A DNA stretch of 64,000 nucleotides from Malacoraja senta (taxonomy: Eukaryota). The notes beneath the pieces were generated by a model. The model made no database searches. It saw only the letters and a list, made by a program, of their open reading frames with translations, and was not told where the DNA came from. The stretch spans positions 179,800,001-179,864,000 of the forward strand of contig CM075978.1 of the NCBI GenBank assembly GCA_038087875.1. The letters run 5' to 3'. Shown one piece after another: positions 1-12,180 of the stretch. The stretch's first letter is position 1; each line of letters begins with the position of its first letter. The translations under genes were made by a program, and so were the position numbers.

Positions 1-253
1 TCTGATGCTGGAATATGCAGCTTAATCGTATTTGAATGACAATGTCACATTTCTTCACTGCACCTAACTCGTGTTCAATTTTGGTTTTAAATGCGTTCTT
101 GTACAGAATAAACTGTAGTTATTGCCATTTGAATTCTTTCTTGAAATGAGGAAATGTTGAGTTTTGTATTCCTCATTTTCAAATGTTCCTGCAAATGTTT
201 ATCTTTGATCGATGGATGGCACTCTTGCACACTGAATCTACTCTCTCTTCTAG

Positions 254-342
254 CTGCCTCCAAATTCTCACATTGCGGGGAAAAACTTTACAATGGCAGA
301 TGTAATGCTGTTTCCACAGTTGGCCTGTGCTTTTCGTTTTGG
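254..342 (+). CDS. gstr: Glutathione S-transferase, rho class (fish GST-A/rho-like), penultimate coding exon
   Basis: Acceptor ctctctcttctag|, phase-0 frame LPPNSHIAGKNFTMADVMLFPQLACAFRF(G), donor GG|gtgagt. It matches the GST C-terminal 'AGxxFSxADV..FP' motif and splices in frame (phase 2) to 3794. Confidence 0.88.
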
Positions 343-1484
343 GTGAGTTATTTCTGCAAATGAGAAATGATTCAATTTAATAATGTTTTGCCAGGATAGC
401 CATGTGTTATTGGAGAGCAGTATCTTTTGCTGTCTATCAATAATTACAGCCCGAAGAAAACAGCAGCTAAAAAGTGTAAAGGTAGCCCCAGTCACCTATC
501 ATCTCATGGTTTTAGTTTGAGATTAAAAGTGACCAAAATACCAGGAGCAACTACGCTATATATCTTTAGAAATTGTGTAATGCAGCCTCCTTGGCATCTG
601 AGAGTTAGTTTGTTTTATCAACAATTGCTCCTCAGTGCAATTCTCCCTCATGTTCCTCTGGAGCATCAGTGTGGAATATTGTGCTTGGCCTTTATATGTT
701 AAAACCTTGGTTCCCTGACACTTTATCGGCACTCTCTGTAACCAACGTTTCCAAGAGCCTAGCTAAACCTGGACTAGAGCTGTGCTGGGAATTGCTAAAA
801 CTGTACTGGGGCTTACTATTGCATCTTGCTCTTCTTTGGAACTTGGCTTATCTTCTTCTTTCGTGTCCGTCTCATATTTCAAATGTTGACATCGCTGTCA
901 TCGGCCGTCCTGAAAAGGATGTAAGCAATAGATGATGGTGGTAGCAGAATTAGCTCAGAGTACTTCCAGTTGCCAGCTCCACGACGTGGACGCTTCTGCT
1001 ATGGGGCCACTTGGCTAATGGAGATAATTAACAATTGAATATTATAGACTCTTGTTACTTCCCTTAATCCATAATGCTAAAGATTGTATAACGAGGCATA
1101 ATTTAAATATTCACTAACCAGCATATTTGACCAGTCAGTGTCTCCCTCCCTGTCATAAATATATTGGATAGTAAGGTTCCATTGTAGTTGAATTTGAACC
1201 CGACTGTCATGGAGGTGAGTAATGTTGCTCTAAAGTTGACAAAATAGTCCTTTGGAAGCACAAATCACTGTAGATGCTGCAAAATATGAGGATTTCTGGG
1301 CAGTGTCTGCAGAGGAAGGGTGGGTGACATTTCCAGTATGGCACCTTTTTCCTACTGATAGGAGTAGTGGGAGAGCAGAAAATGAGGTAGGAGCAAAGGT
1401 GAAAGAGCAGGCAAATAATAGGTGGGATGGAGCGGTGGGAGTTTGTTGGTAAATTATTCAGTAACTTGTCATCTTGAGTCCACA

Positions 1485-2295
1485 TCACAAGATTAAATAT
1501 TGTTCAGACAGATCTGAACACTCTCCTCTGCATCTTCATTGTAGGCAGTGAGATTGGCAGCTGTGCATGGGTTTTCTAGTTGAGGGCATTTCAGCAGGTG
1601 TTCCATTGTTTGCGATGCAATACCACATTCACAGGTGACATCGTTGGTGTTATATCCCCCCCCTTGGCTCTGCCGACACCAGTTCTCAATCGATCGAGGC
1701 ATTTCCATCTGGCCCAACTTGCGTCTGCACCAGGAGAGAGTTGCTCACTTGCCGTTAGTCCCATGGTAGTTAAGGGAGGTGGAGTGGCTATTTTATCACC
1801 CCATATGGAGACTCTTGCTTCATTTGTTATATTGCCAGCCTCGAGAAGAGTTGCGCAGTTAAGAAAACTTTTCTTCAAATTTAGGCAGATCAGAAATAGT
1901 GTCTGGCCAAACGTTGGATGTCGTTCATCTGTTAACTGCCGCTGGCACTCCTTCATGCTGGCTCCTACTCTTCTGATGTTTGGCGGGGCTATGCCTACCA
2001 GGAGGTAGAGGCTGTCAGTATTTGTTGACTTGAGACAACCTGTGACAAGTCTGCAGGAAGAATTGAGGGCTGGGTCCAGCTTCTTGGCATGGGTGGATTA
2101 TTCCCATACTGGGCATGCATACTCAGCAGTAGAATGGCAGAGGGCTAAGGCAGTGGAATGTAGGGTCTGTGGGTTAGCACCCCATCTTGTGTTGGTGAGC
2201 TTACTAACAACATTGTTGCATGCGCTCACTTTCGCCTTTGTCTTTTCAATATGGGTCTTGAAGGTAAGACATCGGTCAAGAGTTACACCAAGTTA
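1485..2295 (-). mobile_element. 3' fragment of a non-LTR retrotransposon (RTE-X-like; clade uncertain)
   Basis: Minus-strand frames read '...DERHP..','WARWKCLDRLRTGVGRAK','CECGIASQTMEHLLKCPQLENPCT'. This is a C-terminal Cys/His (CCHC-like) LINE ORF2 tail broken by frameshifts. Confidence 0.6.
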
Positions 2296-2740
2296 AGGTG
2301 CTCACAGTGCTCCAATGTTCCAGACCAGTTCACCTGAAGTTGTCTCTTGGCTTCTTGGTTTCTCAAGTTCAGTAAGTGATGAAGGCGAGAGTTGAATAAA
2401 AGACAACATAGTGCTATATTTTGGTGTTTCTTTAAACCTCAAATGTATTTTTCTTAAAAGATTGTCACTGAAATTTGATTCCATATTTTTCTTGTGATCC
2501 AATTTTAAGGTTTTTTAGACTTATTCCTTGGTTTCTCGCTAATTTGAGACGAATATTGTTCATTAGTTTTGGTGTGAACTGAAGCCATTGCACTAATACC
2601 ATTGACACTTGCTGTAATCTTATGAATTGCACTGTAGCAGTTTTGTTTTTAAGATCTAGCTGGGTTTCTCTGATTTAAAGTAAAGTATCCTTTATTGTCA
2701 TTCAGACTTTTCAGTCTGAACAAAATTTCGTGCCTTGCAG

Positions 2741-3435
2741 TCATAACATAGAATAAGATAACAAAACACACAATAAACATAGATTTAACATCCACCACGG
2801 TGAGTCCACCAGGTCCTCCTCACTGTGATGGAAGGCAAAAGTCTTAAATTCCTTGTCTCTTACCTCCTTGTTCTCCCTCTGTGTTGAGGCGATCCAGGCT
2901 ACCAATGTTGCGACCCCGCCGGGTGATGGTAAGTAAGTCCCGCGGCTCAACCGAGCTCCGCGAAAGGGCCGGTTCAAACTCCGTGGCCCGGGGCGGTCGA
3001 AGCTGCCGCCCTCCAGTCCAGCGGACGAAGCTGTTGTTGCGGGATCTCCGGGAAACAGGTCACCAACCTGGGACCTGCGAGCTCCCGACGATGTCGTACA
3101 CTGGGCCCGCGGCCGAGCCTCCGAGGCTCCGAAGTCGTGTCGCAGCCGCAGCCCCGAAGTCGGCCAGCCTCGCGTTGGTAAGTCCTGGCTCTGCCTCGGG
3201 AGCCTCGAGGTCAGTCCCAGTTGGAGGCCGCCAGCTCTGCCATTAGGCCTCAGGGCAGACGGAGACGGGGATACGACAAGAAAAGGTCGCATCCCCCTGA
3301 AGGAAGAGACCAAAAACATGTTTCTCTAAACCACCCCCACACACATACACAACTAAAATAAACTGAAACAGGACAAAAAGGAAACAAAAAGAAAAGACAA
3401 ACGGACTGCAGGCGAGCTGCAGGGCAGCACCACCA
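2741..3435 (-). mobile_element. GC-rich non-autonomous retroposon (family repeated at 7396, 14445, 35850, 41505, 47040)
   Basis: Shares 'cctcactgtgatggaaggc', the GC-rich body and the A-rich linker with the other copies. Confidence 0.6.
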
Positions 3436-3793
3436 GAAACTGATTGCTGGTCTTGCTTCCAAGTTAAATGCCCCACCAATGTCTGAATTATTGGATTACA
3501 GCTTCTGAACTACGTGTCTGTTAAATTGCAAACTGTTGCATATAAAATATGTAAATTCAATGTCTATTAATATTGAAGAAGCAAATACCCCTGGGTAAAA
3601 TATAAAATGCATCTGGACCTCATGATTTGGATGAACATCTTTTGACTTGAGCATGAATAATTGAGATCTGTAATTATCCCAGCTGGTTTATCCAGTAGTT
3701 GCAATATTTAGTTTTAAGTGGATGAATGTGCTAAAACAGGATGATAACCCTACCATTGATTAAATTTCATAATTTTCCTTTTCAATTTTCTAG

Positions 3794-3926
3794 CCTGGCG
3801 ACTGATAAATATCCCAGAATGTTTGAGTACTACACCAGAGTGCAAGAGCGACCCAGCATCCAGGCTTCATGGCCTCCCCATTGGAAAGAGAGCGCTCCAA
3901 TGATGGATGTACTGAAGGATATCTGA
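3794..3926 (+). CDS. gstr: Glutathione S-transferase, rho class, last coding exon
   Basis: Acceptor ttcaattttctag|C gives (G)LATDKYPRMFEYYTRVQERPSIQASWPPHWKESAPMMDVLKDI*. 'RPSIxASWPPxW' is the characteristic C-terminus of fish rho-class GSTs. ATTAAA at 4010 and 4070 are possible polyA signals. Confidence 0.88.
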
Positions 3927-4449
3927 GTTCACAGCAAGCATCACTAAATCCTGCACCTTTTCAATTTAAATCTTGTAATAGACCATTGGCTCTATCAATG
4001 CCACGGAAGATTAAATCCTGCACAAAGAAGGCTATGATGCATTGCAGGTTGTTTGTTGCTTTAAATATTATTAAACTATTATAAACTCCACTTTGTGACA
4101 TTCAGCATGGTCCTCTGTTTATCCTGATTTAATAAGAATCGGAGTCATTTACTATAACTTTAAAATATACCGGTCCCATGAAAGCATTTTGTTGCTCATT
4201 TGGATGAAGCCACTTCTGATTGCATGTCCAAATATGCATTGTAGTGAAAGGTGGAAGATGCTTGTAGTTTTTTTGTGTTTTTTTTTCCTGTTTAGGAATG
4301 GCTGTTACACATGCACATTATGTACAGTCTTGGTCCAAGATCATTAGAGACCAAGCTCTTTAGTGCCAACATAAAGGCAACCACCTGCATGTACAGATGC
4401 ATGCTGTATACAAACACTTATTACTCGCCTCCTTAACTTTCCTTCCTAT

Positions 4450-4815
4450 CTCTTGGATGAGAATGTACAAGGTCTGAAGTTTGCAAATAACACTAAAATG
4501 GGTATTATTGTAGATTATGTAGTTATCAAGAATTCCAGTGACATCTTGATCAGCTGGGGAAGTTGGCCAAGGAATAGAGTTCAATTCTGGTTTGAGGTGT
4601 TGCATTTTGAGAAGTCAAACCAGGTCAGGATCATCACAGTGAATGATGGGGATTGTTCCAGAGCAAACCAAGAGTGCAACTAAATAATTCTCTGCAAGTG
4701 GTGTCGCAGTTAGGGAGGAAGGCGCTTGACATGTTGGCATTCATCAGCTGGGGTATCGAGTATAAAAGTTGGGATGTTATGTTACAATTGCGCAAGATGT
4801 TGATGAGGCTGCACC
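4450..4815 (+). mobile_element. CR1 LINE RT fragment
   Basis: 'KFANNTKMG', 'EVLHFEKSN' and 'LAFISWGIEYKSWDVMLQL' are CR1 ORF2 motifs, frameshifted. Confidence 0.8.
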
Positions 4816-5364
4816 ATTTCATCCACCCCCCTTCAAGGACCTTTCTCCCTTTCTTTTCCCCCTCCTTTCCATTGACCCCTTATACTTATTTCACTCCCTC
4901 TGACTTTGATATATCGATCCTATTCTGACCGTTTTTCTTCTTTTCAGTTCCCGTCTTTGTCAATTACTTTTCCAATCAAACCCATGTCCCTGTATCCAGA
5001 TATCTCTTGCTGTGCTTTATCTTTTTCCGACCTCTCCTTTCTCCCTTCAACTACTATTGGTCTGATAAAGAGTCCTGGTCTGAACCATCACCTGCCCATC
5101 CGCACCATTAATGCTGCCTGAGCTACTCCAGCACTCTGTGTTAAGGCAATTACAACATATGCCACCATGGGAATTCATTGACTACACCATATGGCCTTAT
5201 CAATATTTCTCATTCAATATTGCTAAAACTATCAGCTTTTAGTCGCACCATTCGCGTGAACTTTCTCTGCACAATTTGGCTGCTGCATTTCCTAAAGTGC
5301 AGCAGAATTCAATAGTGTTTTAGTTCCTGTAAAGGGAAGATTCATAAATTTTGAAAGGCTTTGG

Positions 5365-5660
5365 TCAAGTGAAAGGTATTCTATTGGCAAAACTGATTAA
5401 AAACGCCAATTGACTTAATTTGGAAAGCTGTCGGGATGGATGCCATCGTTTCACTGACCTCTGATTTTCTGCACGGTCAGTGTCACTCGAATTGAGCGTC
5501 TCAGACCTGGACTTAAACAGAGAGTGCGTCTCCTGGTACATCCATGGTTTCCCGTGGGGAAACACGTGGATTGACTTTGGCCCACGGTTTTCTACACTCG
5601 TGCTGATGAATTCTATGACAGCAGTGGCATTTTCCACAGTCTGGCTGTCACTGGGGCACA
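5365..5660 (-). mobile_element. Rex1/Babar LINE fragment
   Basis: 'AVIEFISTSVENRGPKSIHVFPHGKPWM' is homologous to the Rex1 segment at 31990-32120 (KTFRVFPNQKPWM). Confidence 0.65.
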
Positions 5661-6019
5661 ACGTTTGCTGAAGTTAGTAGAACAAGGCAGCAGATGGCGA
5701 CAAAGGACAAGGTTTCAGGGTTTGTTCTCGTTAGCCTGAGGTCTGTCTTCTGTCATTGTGTTAACCGAAGCAATCCATGTCTAGATGTTGCCACAATTTG
5801 GGAGTGGGGTCGGCGTGGCAGGGGGTCCTAGAAAAGGGTTTTAGAGTGATTTTCCATAACTCAATATTAATCTGCACTTCTGTCAAGAAATGCAAATTGA
5901 AACCAAAAAATGATGTTTATTTACTTATTTTTCATATACATTTTAAGAGCAGATCAATACATATACCCATGAACATATACCCAATACATACACCCACACG
6001 TGTGAAAAGGTTTCCCTCT

Positions 6020-7140
6020 AGTTTAGAGACATGGGCTCGATTCTGACCTCAACTGCTGTCTGTTTGGGGTTTTGACTTCTCCCTGTGACTGTGCTGGTTT
6101 CCTCCCACATCCCAAAGACATGCAGGTTGGTGGGTTAATTGGCCTCTGTAAATTGTCCATAGTGTGTAGGGAGTGGATGCCGAAGTGGGTTAACCTGATA
6201 CTAGTGTGAACATGTGATTGATATTGGCATGGATCGGTGGGCCAAATGGCCTATTTCCATGTGATATCACTAGATTGGACTAGATATAAATGTAGGTGGG
6301 TTGGTGAATAAGTTTGCATATACACCAAAATTGGAGGAGTTGCAGACAGTGAGAAAGGATGTCAGAAGATATGGTGGGATATAGATGAGCTGCAGAAATT
6401 GATGGAGAAACGGCAGGTGGAGTTTAACCCAAGTAAGTGCTTGGTGTTGCACCTCGGGTGGTTGAATGTAAGGAGAGACCATACAATTAATGGCAAGACG
6501 TTTAACAGCAATGATGTGCAGAGGGTTCTTGGAGTACGGGTTCATAGTTCACTAAAGGTGGCAGCTAGGTACAATGAATATCAGAGTCAGGAAGTCGATG
6601 CTGTTCTATAGGACTTTGGTTAAGCCATATTTGGAGCATTGTGTGCAGTTATGGTCGCCGCATTACATCAAAGATGTGGAAGCTTTGCAGAGGATGCAGA
6701 GGAGGTTTACCAAAATGCTGCTTGGATTGGAGGGTTTCAACTGCAGGGCGAGGTTGGATAGACTTGGTTTGTTTTCTTTGGAACATCAGAGGTTGAGTGG
6801 GACTTGATAGGTGCCTGTGTATAAAATTATGAGAGGCATCGATAGGCTAGGCAGCCAGAAACTTTTGCCCAGGGTGGAAATGTCCAGCACTAAAGGCATA
6901 GTTGTAAGGTGAGAGGGGGAAAGTTATTTGCACAGAGGGTGGTGGGGGCCTGGAATGCATTGCCAGGGGTGGTAGTGGAGGCAGATACTTTAGTGGTGTT
7001 TAAGAGGCTTTTAGAATTGCACATGGAAGTCCAAGTAATGTATGGATGTAGGTTATGTACAGACATATGAGATCAATTCAGCTAGGGATCATGTTCAGCA
7101 CAAACATTGTGGGCCGAAGGGCCATTTCCAGTGCTGTATT
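6020..7140 (+). mobile_element. V-SINE/HE1-like SINE followed by a CR1 3' fragment
   Basis: SINE body 'ctcgattctgacc...cccaaagacatgcagg'. Then CR1 ORF2 'FNPSKCLVLHLG','KPYLEHCVQLWSPHY..LQRMQRRFTKMLLGL' and the CR1 3' UTR. Confidence 0.8.
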
Positions 7141-7221
7141 GTACTATGTTTTATATAAACTAAGCCAAACAAAAGTAAACTAACCTGAACTGAGCTAAAC
7201 TAAACTGAACTAAACCATCAA

Positions 7222-7933
7222 TGGCAGCATGGTGGCGCAGCGGTAGAGTTGCTGTCTTACAGCGCTTGCATCGCCAGAGACCTGGGTTCGATCCCGACTA
7301 CTGGTGTTGTCTGCGCAGAGTTTGCACGTTCTCCCTGTAACCGCATGGGTTTTTTCTGAGATCTTCGGTTTCCTCCCACGCTCCAAAGACATACAGGCTC
7401 AAAGGTCAGTTTATTGTCTCATGTACCAATTAAGGTACAGTGAAACTCAAATTACCATACAGCCATACTAAAAAAAAGCAACAAGACGCACAACTACATA
7501 AAAGTTAACATAAACATCCACCACAGCGGATTCCCCACATTCCTCACTATGATGGAAGGCAATAAAGAGCTTCCGAAGTGGGTCTCCAGCAGAGGCCATC
7601 AGCTCCTCGATGTTAGGCCGCATTGTGGACGGAGATACAATACAGAAAAAAATCGCATCTCTGTCGAGGTAAGAGTTTAAAAAAAAAATTCCCCAACCCC
7701 TACCCCCCACATAAAACAAGCCAAAGAACACTAAAACATACATTTGACACTGACTAAAAAACAACAATGAAGGAAGGGACAAGACAGACTGTTGGCAAGG
7801 TGGCCATTATGGGTGCCGCCCGGTGGTTTGTAGGTTAATTGGCTTGGGTTTGTCTAAATTATCCCTGGTGCATAGTGGGCATAGGCGAATGTGCGGGGAT
7901 CGCTGGTTGGTGCAGACTCAGTGGGCCGATGGG
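7222..7933 (+). mobile_element. tRNA-derived V-SINE/HE1-like SINE, interrupted twice (tail resumes at 14205)
   Basis: A-box-like TGGCGCAGCGG and B-box-like GGTTCGATCCC. It is split by the retroposon at ~7396-7825 and by the Pack-hAT at 7934. The tail 'ccgatgggcctgtttcc' continues at 14205. Confidence 0.8.
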
Positions 7934-8288
7934 CAGTGATGGAAATGGGTTTTAGGAACTACGGGTGCTCTAAGGTCCGTGAGGCTGAGGGTGTGAAGGA
8001 AGGGGGGGGTAATTTTTTTTATGTGCGGTCATACCCATGTAAGAGTACAAGAATGCATAACTTGTTTATTTTGTATTTATAATATCGTTTATTGTGCATT
8101 ATGTCATAGCTGCTTTCTTGCCTCTCTCTCTCTCTCTCTCTGAATCTCTCTCTGTGTCTCTGTCTCTGTCTCTCTCTGTCTCTTCCTCCCCCCTCCCCCT
8201 CCCCCCTGTGTTGGATGCAGCCATCGTCTGCTTCGGTGAGGCAAGCAGGTCGGTGTTTGATCACAAGGCCCCTCGGAGACTGTGTCTG

Positions 8289-8421
8289 ATTGGCCGCCGA
8301 GTGACCAGCACATTATGTGATTGGACACAATGCCCTTGGAGACACGGCTGATTGGACGGGAATTTTAAGGGAAGCTGGTTGGTGATTGGAGGGAATCCCC
8401 TTAGTGACAGCGGTTGATTGG
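8289..8421 (+). promoter_or_regulatory. Five reverse CCAAT boxes (ATTGG) spaced 31-34 bp apart
   Basis: ATTGG at 8289, 8320, 8351, 8385 and 8417. Three are kept in copy 2 (CCAAT at 41272, 41304, 41335). Confidence 0.4.
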
Positions 8422-8516
8422 CTGCCAAATAATCGGGCACAAAAAATTGACATATAGGAAAAGAATAAAATCGTAATTCCGATTTAAATAGGAAGAATAT
8501 CATGCCTGATCTGCAG

Positions 8517-8548
8517 CAAAGATACTAGTATATGCTCTAGTATCTTTG
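8517..8548. mobile_element. 32-bp micro-MITE (hAT-like)
   Basis: CAAAGATACTAG-tatatgct-CTAGTATCTTTG with an 8-bp TSD ATCTGCAG at 8509-8516 and 8549-8556. Confidence 0.8.
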
Positions 8549-9133
8549 ATCTGCAGTTCCTTCCTATTGAAGAACAACCCTGGCCCGAAACAACTCCTAA
8601 TCCATTCCCTCCACAGATGCCGCCTAGCCCGCTGAGTTCCTCCAGCACTCTGTGTTTTTTATTTAAGTCTTGAAATTGAAGATAGACATAAAGCTGGAGT
8701 AACTCAGTGGGACAGGCAGCGACTCTGGAGAGAAGACCCTTCTTCAGACTGAACTGAACTCTCGTCGGTGAGAGTACTTGTGATTGTCTGCAGAAGGGTC
8801 TCGACCCAAAACGCCACCCACTCCCCAGAGCCGCCGCCCTTCCCGCTGAGCCACCCCAGACCCCCTTGTGTCCACCTTCAACTCCAGAGCCAAACAAAAA
8901 CACAAAGTGCTGGAGGAACTCAGCGGGCCAGGAGGCACCCGCGGAGGGAACGGACCAGGAGCCGCCACAGCCCAGGGACACCCCCCAGCAGGAAGGAACC
9001 GCAGATGCAGCCGTCCCCGCAAAACGGCAAATGATTCCGGGAATACCGAGGCGAGAAGGTGAGAGAAAGGGAGTGAGAGAACAAGAGAGATCCAAAGGAC
9101 GGATTCGGATCACAATTACGACTCGCTGAGACC

Positions 9134-10282
9134 CAGGGCCGGCCTTAGGAGGTGCGGGGCCCAATTGTGAAAACTTTTGGTGAGCCCCAGGTTCCCAGCC
9201 AAGGTCTGTAGAATCATAGAAATACAAATAAAGTCTATTATAGACTTTATATCTCTATGGTAGAATGGAAAGTAATCAAGATGTGCGTTTAAAAAGTGTC
9301 TGCGAGTTAATGGACCAAACAGATCTAAGCAACATTTTAATATAAAATTGCATACATGTAAGCCTACAAGTAACAAACAAAATGTGTAGATCACATCTGA
9401 AAAGTACATAGTTGCAATACCACTTGTTTTAGTGACTGTGAAATGAAAAAAAGTTATTTAATTAACTAGATCCTGGAAAACCAATAACTATTGGCGAAAA
9501 AACAGTTCAGACATTACATTTTGGGCTTCAGCCCCATCCTACCCTTTGGGCTTCTACCCCATCCTAACTTAGTTGTGTGTGTGTTAGTTGTCTGTGCGTG
9601 ATGTGTGTCTGTTATTTGTCTGTACGTTATGTGTGTGTGTGTGGGAGGGAAGGAGAGGAGGGAGGGAGGGAGGGAAGGAGAGAAGGGAAAAGAGAGAGGG
9701 GAAGGAGAAAGAAGGGAGGGAGAGAAGGAAAAAGAGAGAGAGGAAGGAGGGAGCGAAGGAGAGAAGGGAGGGAGGGAAGAAAGGAAAGGAGGGAGGGAAG
9801 AGAAAGAAGAGAAGGGAGGGAGTGGGCGGGAGCGGATGCTGGGGTCCGGGCGAATGGGTGCGAGCTGAGGCCAAGGTTTGTAAACGTTGCTCCAACCCCC
9901 GGCCCGGCCCTGCCCTCCCTGTATTGTTCACCGCGTCTCCCCGGGGAGAGAGAGGGGTGGAGCTGGGGCTGTGTGCGTGAAGCACGGCGACTGGAGGGGC
10001 GGGAGCGTTGCCCCGGGACGGTAAGGGAACGACTCACCTCCCCCTCTCCCCCTTCTCCATTTCCCCTCACACCCACCCACCCACCCCGTCTACCCCTTTC
10101 TTTCCCTTCCACCTCTCTACTCTCTCTCCACCCCTCTCTCCCCCCTCCACCCGGGGTAGATCTACCCAGGCCAAGAGTAGATTACTCCAAAGATCCTAGA
10201 GCAGAGGTCTAGGATCTTTGGATTACTCTAGCACGGGGCCCAATTGAGAGCGATTGGTCCAATCGGCGTAAGGCTGGCCCTG
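9134..10282 (+). mobile_element. Non-autonomous hAT (Tip100/MER45-like CAGGGCCGG termini)
   Basis: TIR CAGGGCCGGCC / GGCTGGCCCTG; TSD CTGAGACC / CTGAAACC. The empty site is seen in copy 2 (ctcgctgagacctcgccag). The interior is a GA-rich microsatellite. Confidence 0.88.
10188..10220. mobile_element. 33-bp micro-MITE (hAT-like)
   Basis: CAAAGATCCTAG-agcagaggt-CTAGGATCTTTG with a perfect 8-bp TSD GATTACTC at 10180-10187 and 10221-10228. It is absent from the sister element (empty site near 38836). Confidence 0.85.
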
Positions 10283-11010
10283 CTGAAACCTCACCAGAAG
10301 TTTCAAATCTACGGCCCCCTCCAGTTCGAGCCATGTGGACCAAGATACCACATTGTAAACAACCACGTTCGCTACTTTGACTGGGAGTTCACGTTCCGCC
10401 ACAGTCCCGCCAGTGGTTTACAGCTGTTTGATATCCGCTTCAGGAAGGAGCGGGTGGTCTACGAGTTGAGCGTCCAGGAGGTGAACTCCGTTTACGGCGC
10501 AGGGACGCCAGGTCTGATGAGGGCCAAGCTCTTAGACAGTCATTATGGAATTGGGAAAAGTTCCAATGAGCTGGTGAAAGACGTGGACAGCCCTTACAGC
10601 GCCATATTCCTCCACACCCATCATCTCATGGAAACTGCAGGGCTCGCACATAACTTTTTTTCTCTGTTGTCAGCCGGGCAACCTTGGCAGCTTTTTAGGT
10701 TGCCAAATGACAGTTTAGGTGGTCATTTAAGACGGCTTGCATGACGCTTGCGATAATGTGCTCGGACGAAGTGCGTAGTTACCAGTCGGAATTCTGCTCA
10801 ATGAAGCATTCACATATTATTTCTGTTTCAAATAAAGTCACAAACTAAACATATTCACCAACCAAGACATGATATATACCACAATGACATGCAGCAAAAT
10901 TATAATACAGTATCTCAACTCTTTTTACAAGTTGCAATGAATGCAATTTCTATTATTTTTTTCCACTTCCAAACAAAAATGTGGTTGGATTATTCAGCGT
11001 ATGATCAACC

Positions 11011-11453
11011 TCGGTGAGACCAAGTGCAGGCTTGGCGATCACTTTGCACAACACCTCCACTCAGTTCGCAATAACCAACCTGATCTCCCGGTGGCTCAAC
11101 AATTCAACTCCCCCTCCCATTCCGAATCTGACCTTTCTGTCCTGGCCTCTTCCATGGCCAGAGTGAGGCCCACCGCAAATTGGAGGAACAGCACCTCATA
11201 TTTCGCTTGGGTAGTTTACACCCCAGCGGTATGAACATTGGCTTCTCCAATTTCAGGCAGTCCTTGCTTTCTCCCTCCTTCCCCTCCCATTCCCAGCTCT
11301 CCCAGAGCCTTCTGTCTCCGCCTCTTCCTTTCTTTTTCCCGTTTCCCCCCCCGAACATCAGTCTGAAGAAGGGTCTCGACCCAAAACGTCGCCTATTCCT
11401 TTGCTCCATAGATGCTGCCTCACCTGCTGATTTTCTCCAGCTTTTTTGTCTAC
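11011..11453 (+). mobile_element. Penelope-like element 3' end (GIY-YIG C-terminus + pseudo-LTR)
   Basis: GETKCRLGDHFAQHLHSVRNNQPDLPVAQQFNSPSHS..., followed by pLTR 'ctgaagaagggtctcgaccc'. Confidence 0.85.
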
Positions 11454-12180
11454 CAATGCGATCCCACCACTGGCCACATCTTTCCATCTCCTTCCCTGCG
11501 GGTTTCCGCAGAGACCGCTCTCTCTGTAACTCCCTGGTCAATTCATCCTTTCCCACCCAAACCGCCCCCTCTCCTGGCACTTTCCCTTGAAACCGCAGGA
11601 AATGTTACACTTGTTGCTTTACCTCCCCCCTTTACTCCAATCAAGGATCCAAGCAGTCTTTCCAGGTGCGGCAGAGGTTCACCTGCACCTCCTCAAACCT
11701 CATCTATTGCATCCGCTGCTCTAGGTGTCAGCTGCTCTACATCGGTGAGACCAAGCGTAGGCTTGGCGATCACTTCGCCCAAAACCTCTGCTCGGTTCGC
11801 AATAACCAACCTGATCTCCCGGTGGCTCAGCACTTCAACTCTCCCTCCCATTCCGAATCCGACCTTTCTGTCCTGGGCTGCTTCCATGGCCAGAGTGAGG
11901 CCCACCATAAATTGGAGGAGCAGCACTTCATATTTTGCTTGGGCAGTTCAAACCCCAGCGGTATGAACAATGACTTCTCCAATTTCAGGTATCCCTCCTT
12001 TCTCCTCCCCTTCCCAGCTCTCCCTCAGCCCACTGTCTCCACCTCTTCCTTTCTTCTTCCCGTCGAACCCCATCCTCACATCAGTGTGAAGAAGGGTCTC
12101 GACCCGAAACGTCGCCTATTTCCTTCGCTCCATAGATGCTGCCTCACCCGCTGAGTTTCTCCAATATTTTTGTCTACCCA
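11454..12180 (+). mobile_element. Penelope-like element 3' end, second tandem copy
   Basis: NLIYCIRCSRCQLLYIGETKRRLGDHF GIY-YIG motif, ...EQHFIFCLGSSNPSGMN, then the pLTR. Confidence 0.9.

Larger units (their letters stand above)
9090..10637 (+). pseudogene. Captured fragment of a copper-containing amine oxidase (AOC1/AOC3-like) coding exon, split by a hAT insertion (9090-9133 + 10283-10637)
   Basis: KPHQKFQIYGPLQFEPCGPRYHIVNNHVRYFDWEFTFRHSPASGLQLFDIRFRKERVVYELSVQEVNSVYGAGTPGLMRAKLLDSHYGIGKSSNELVKDVDSPYSAIFLHTHHLMET aligns by eye with the AOC catalytic-domain N-part (GP.QF.P.GPR...W.F.F....SG...FD.RF..ER..YE.S.QE...DCP..ATF). The TPQ (NYDY) site is absent. Confidence 0.88.

Noticed and set aside
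7222-7300. tRNA gene
   Set aside because: The A/B boxes continue into a V-SINE body; it is a SINE head, not a complete cloverleaf.
8484-9227. 247-aa minus-strand ORF and its counterpart at 40444-40950
   Set aside because: It runs across Penelope pLTR, GC-rich filler and the AOC antisense strand; it is a composite with no coherent protein.
9577-10212. Long ORFs (up to 211 aa) rich in R/E/G or P/S/L, also at 39034-39513, 30095-30530 and 61893-62716
   Set aside because: They are translations of GA/CT microsatellite tracts inside transposons, with no domain signal.
10244-10744. The 166-aa ORF as a functional amine oxidase gene
   Set aside because: Its start lies in a hAT TIR and its end in another hAT. 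It covers only part of one exon, lacks the TPQ/copper sites, and the second copy is frameshifted.
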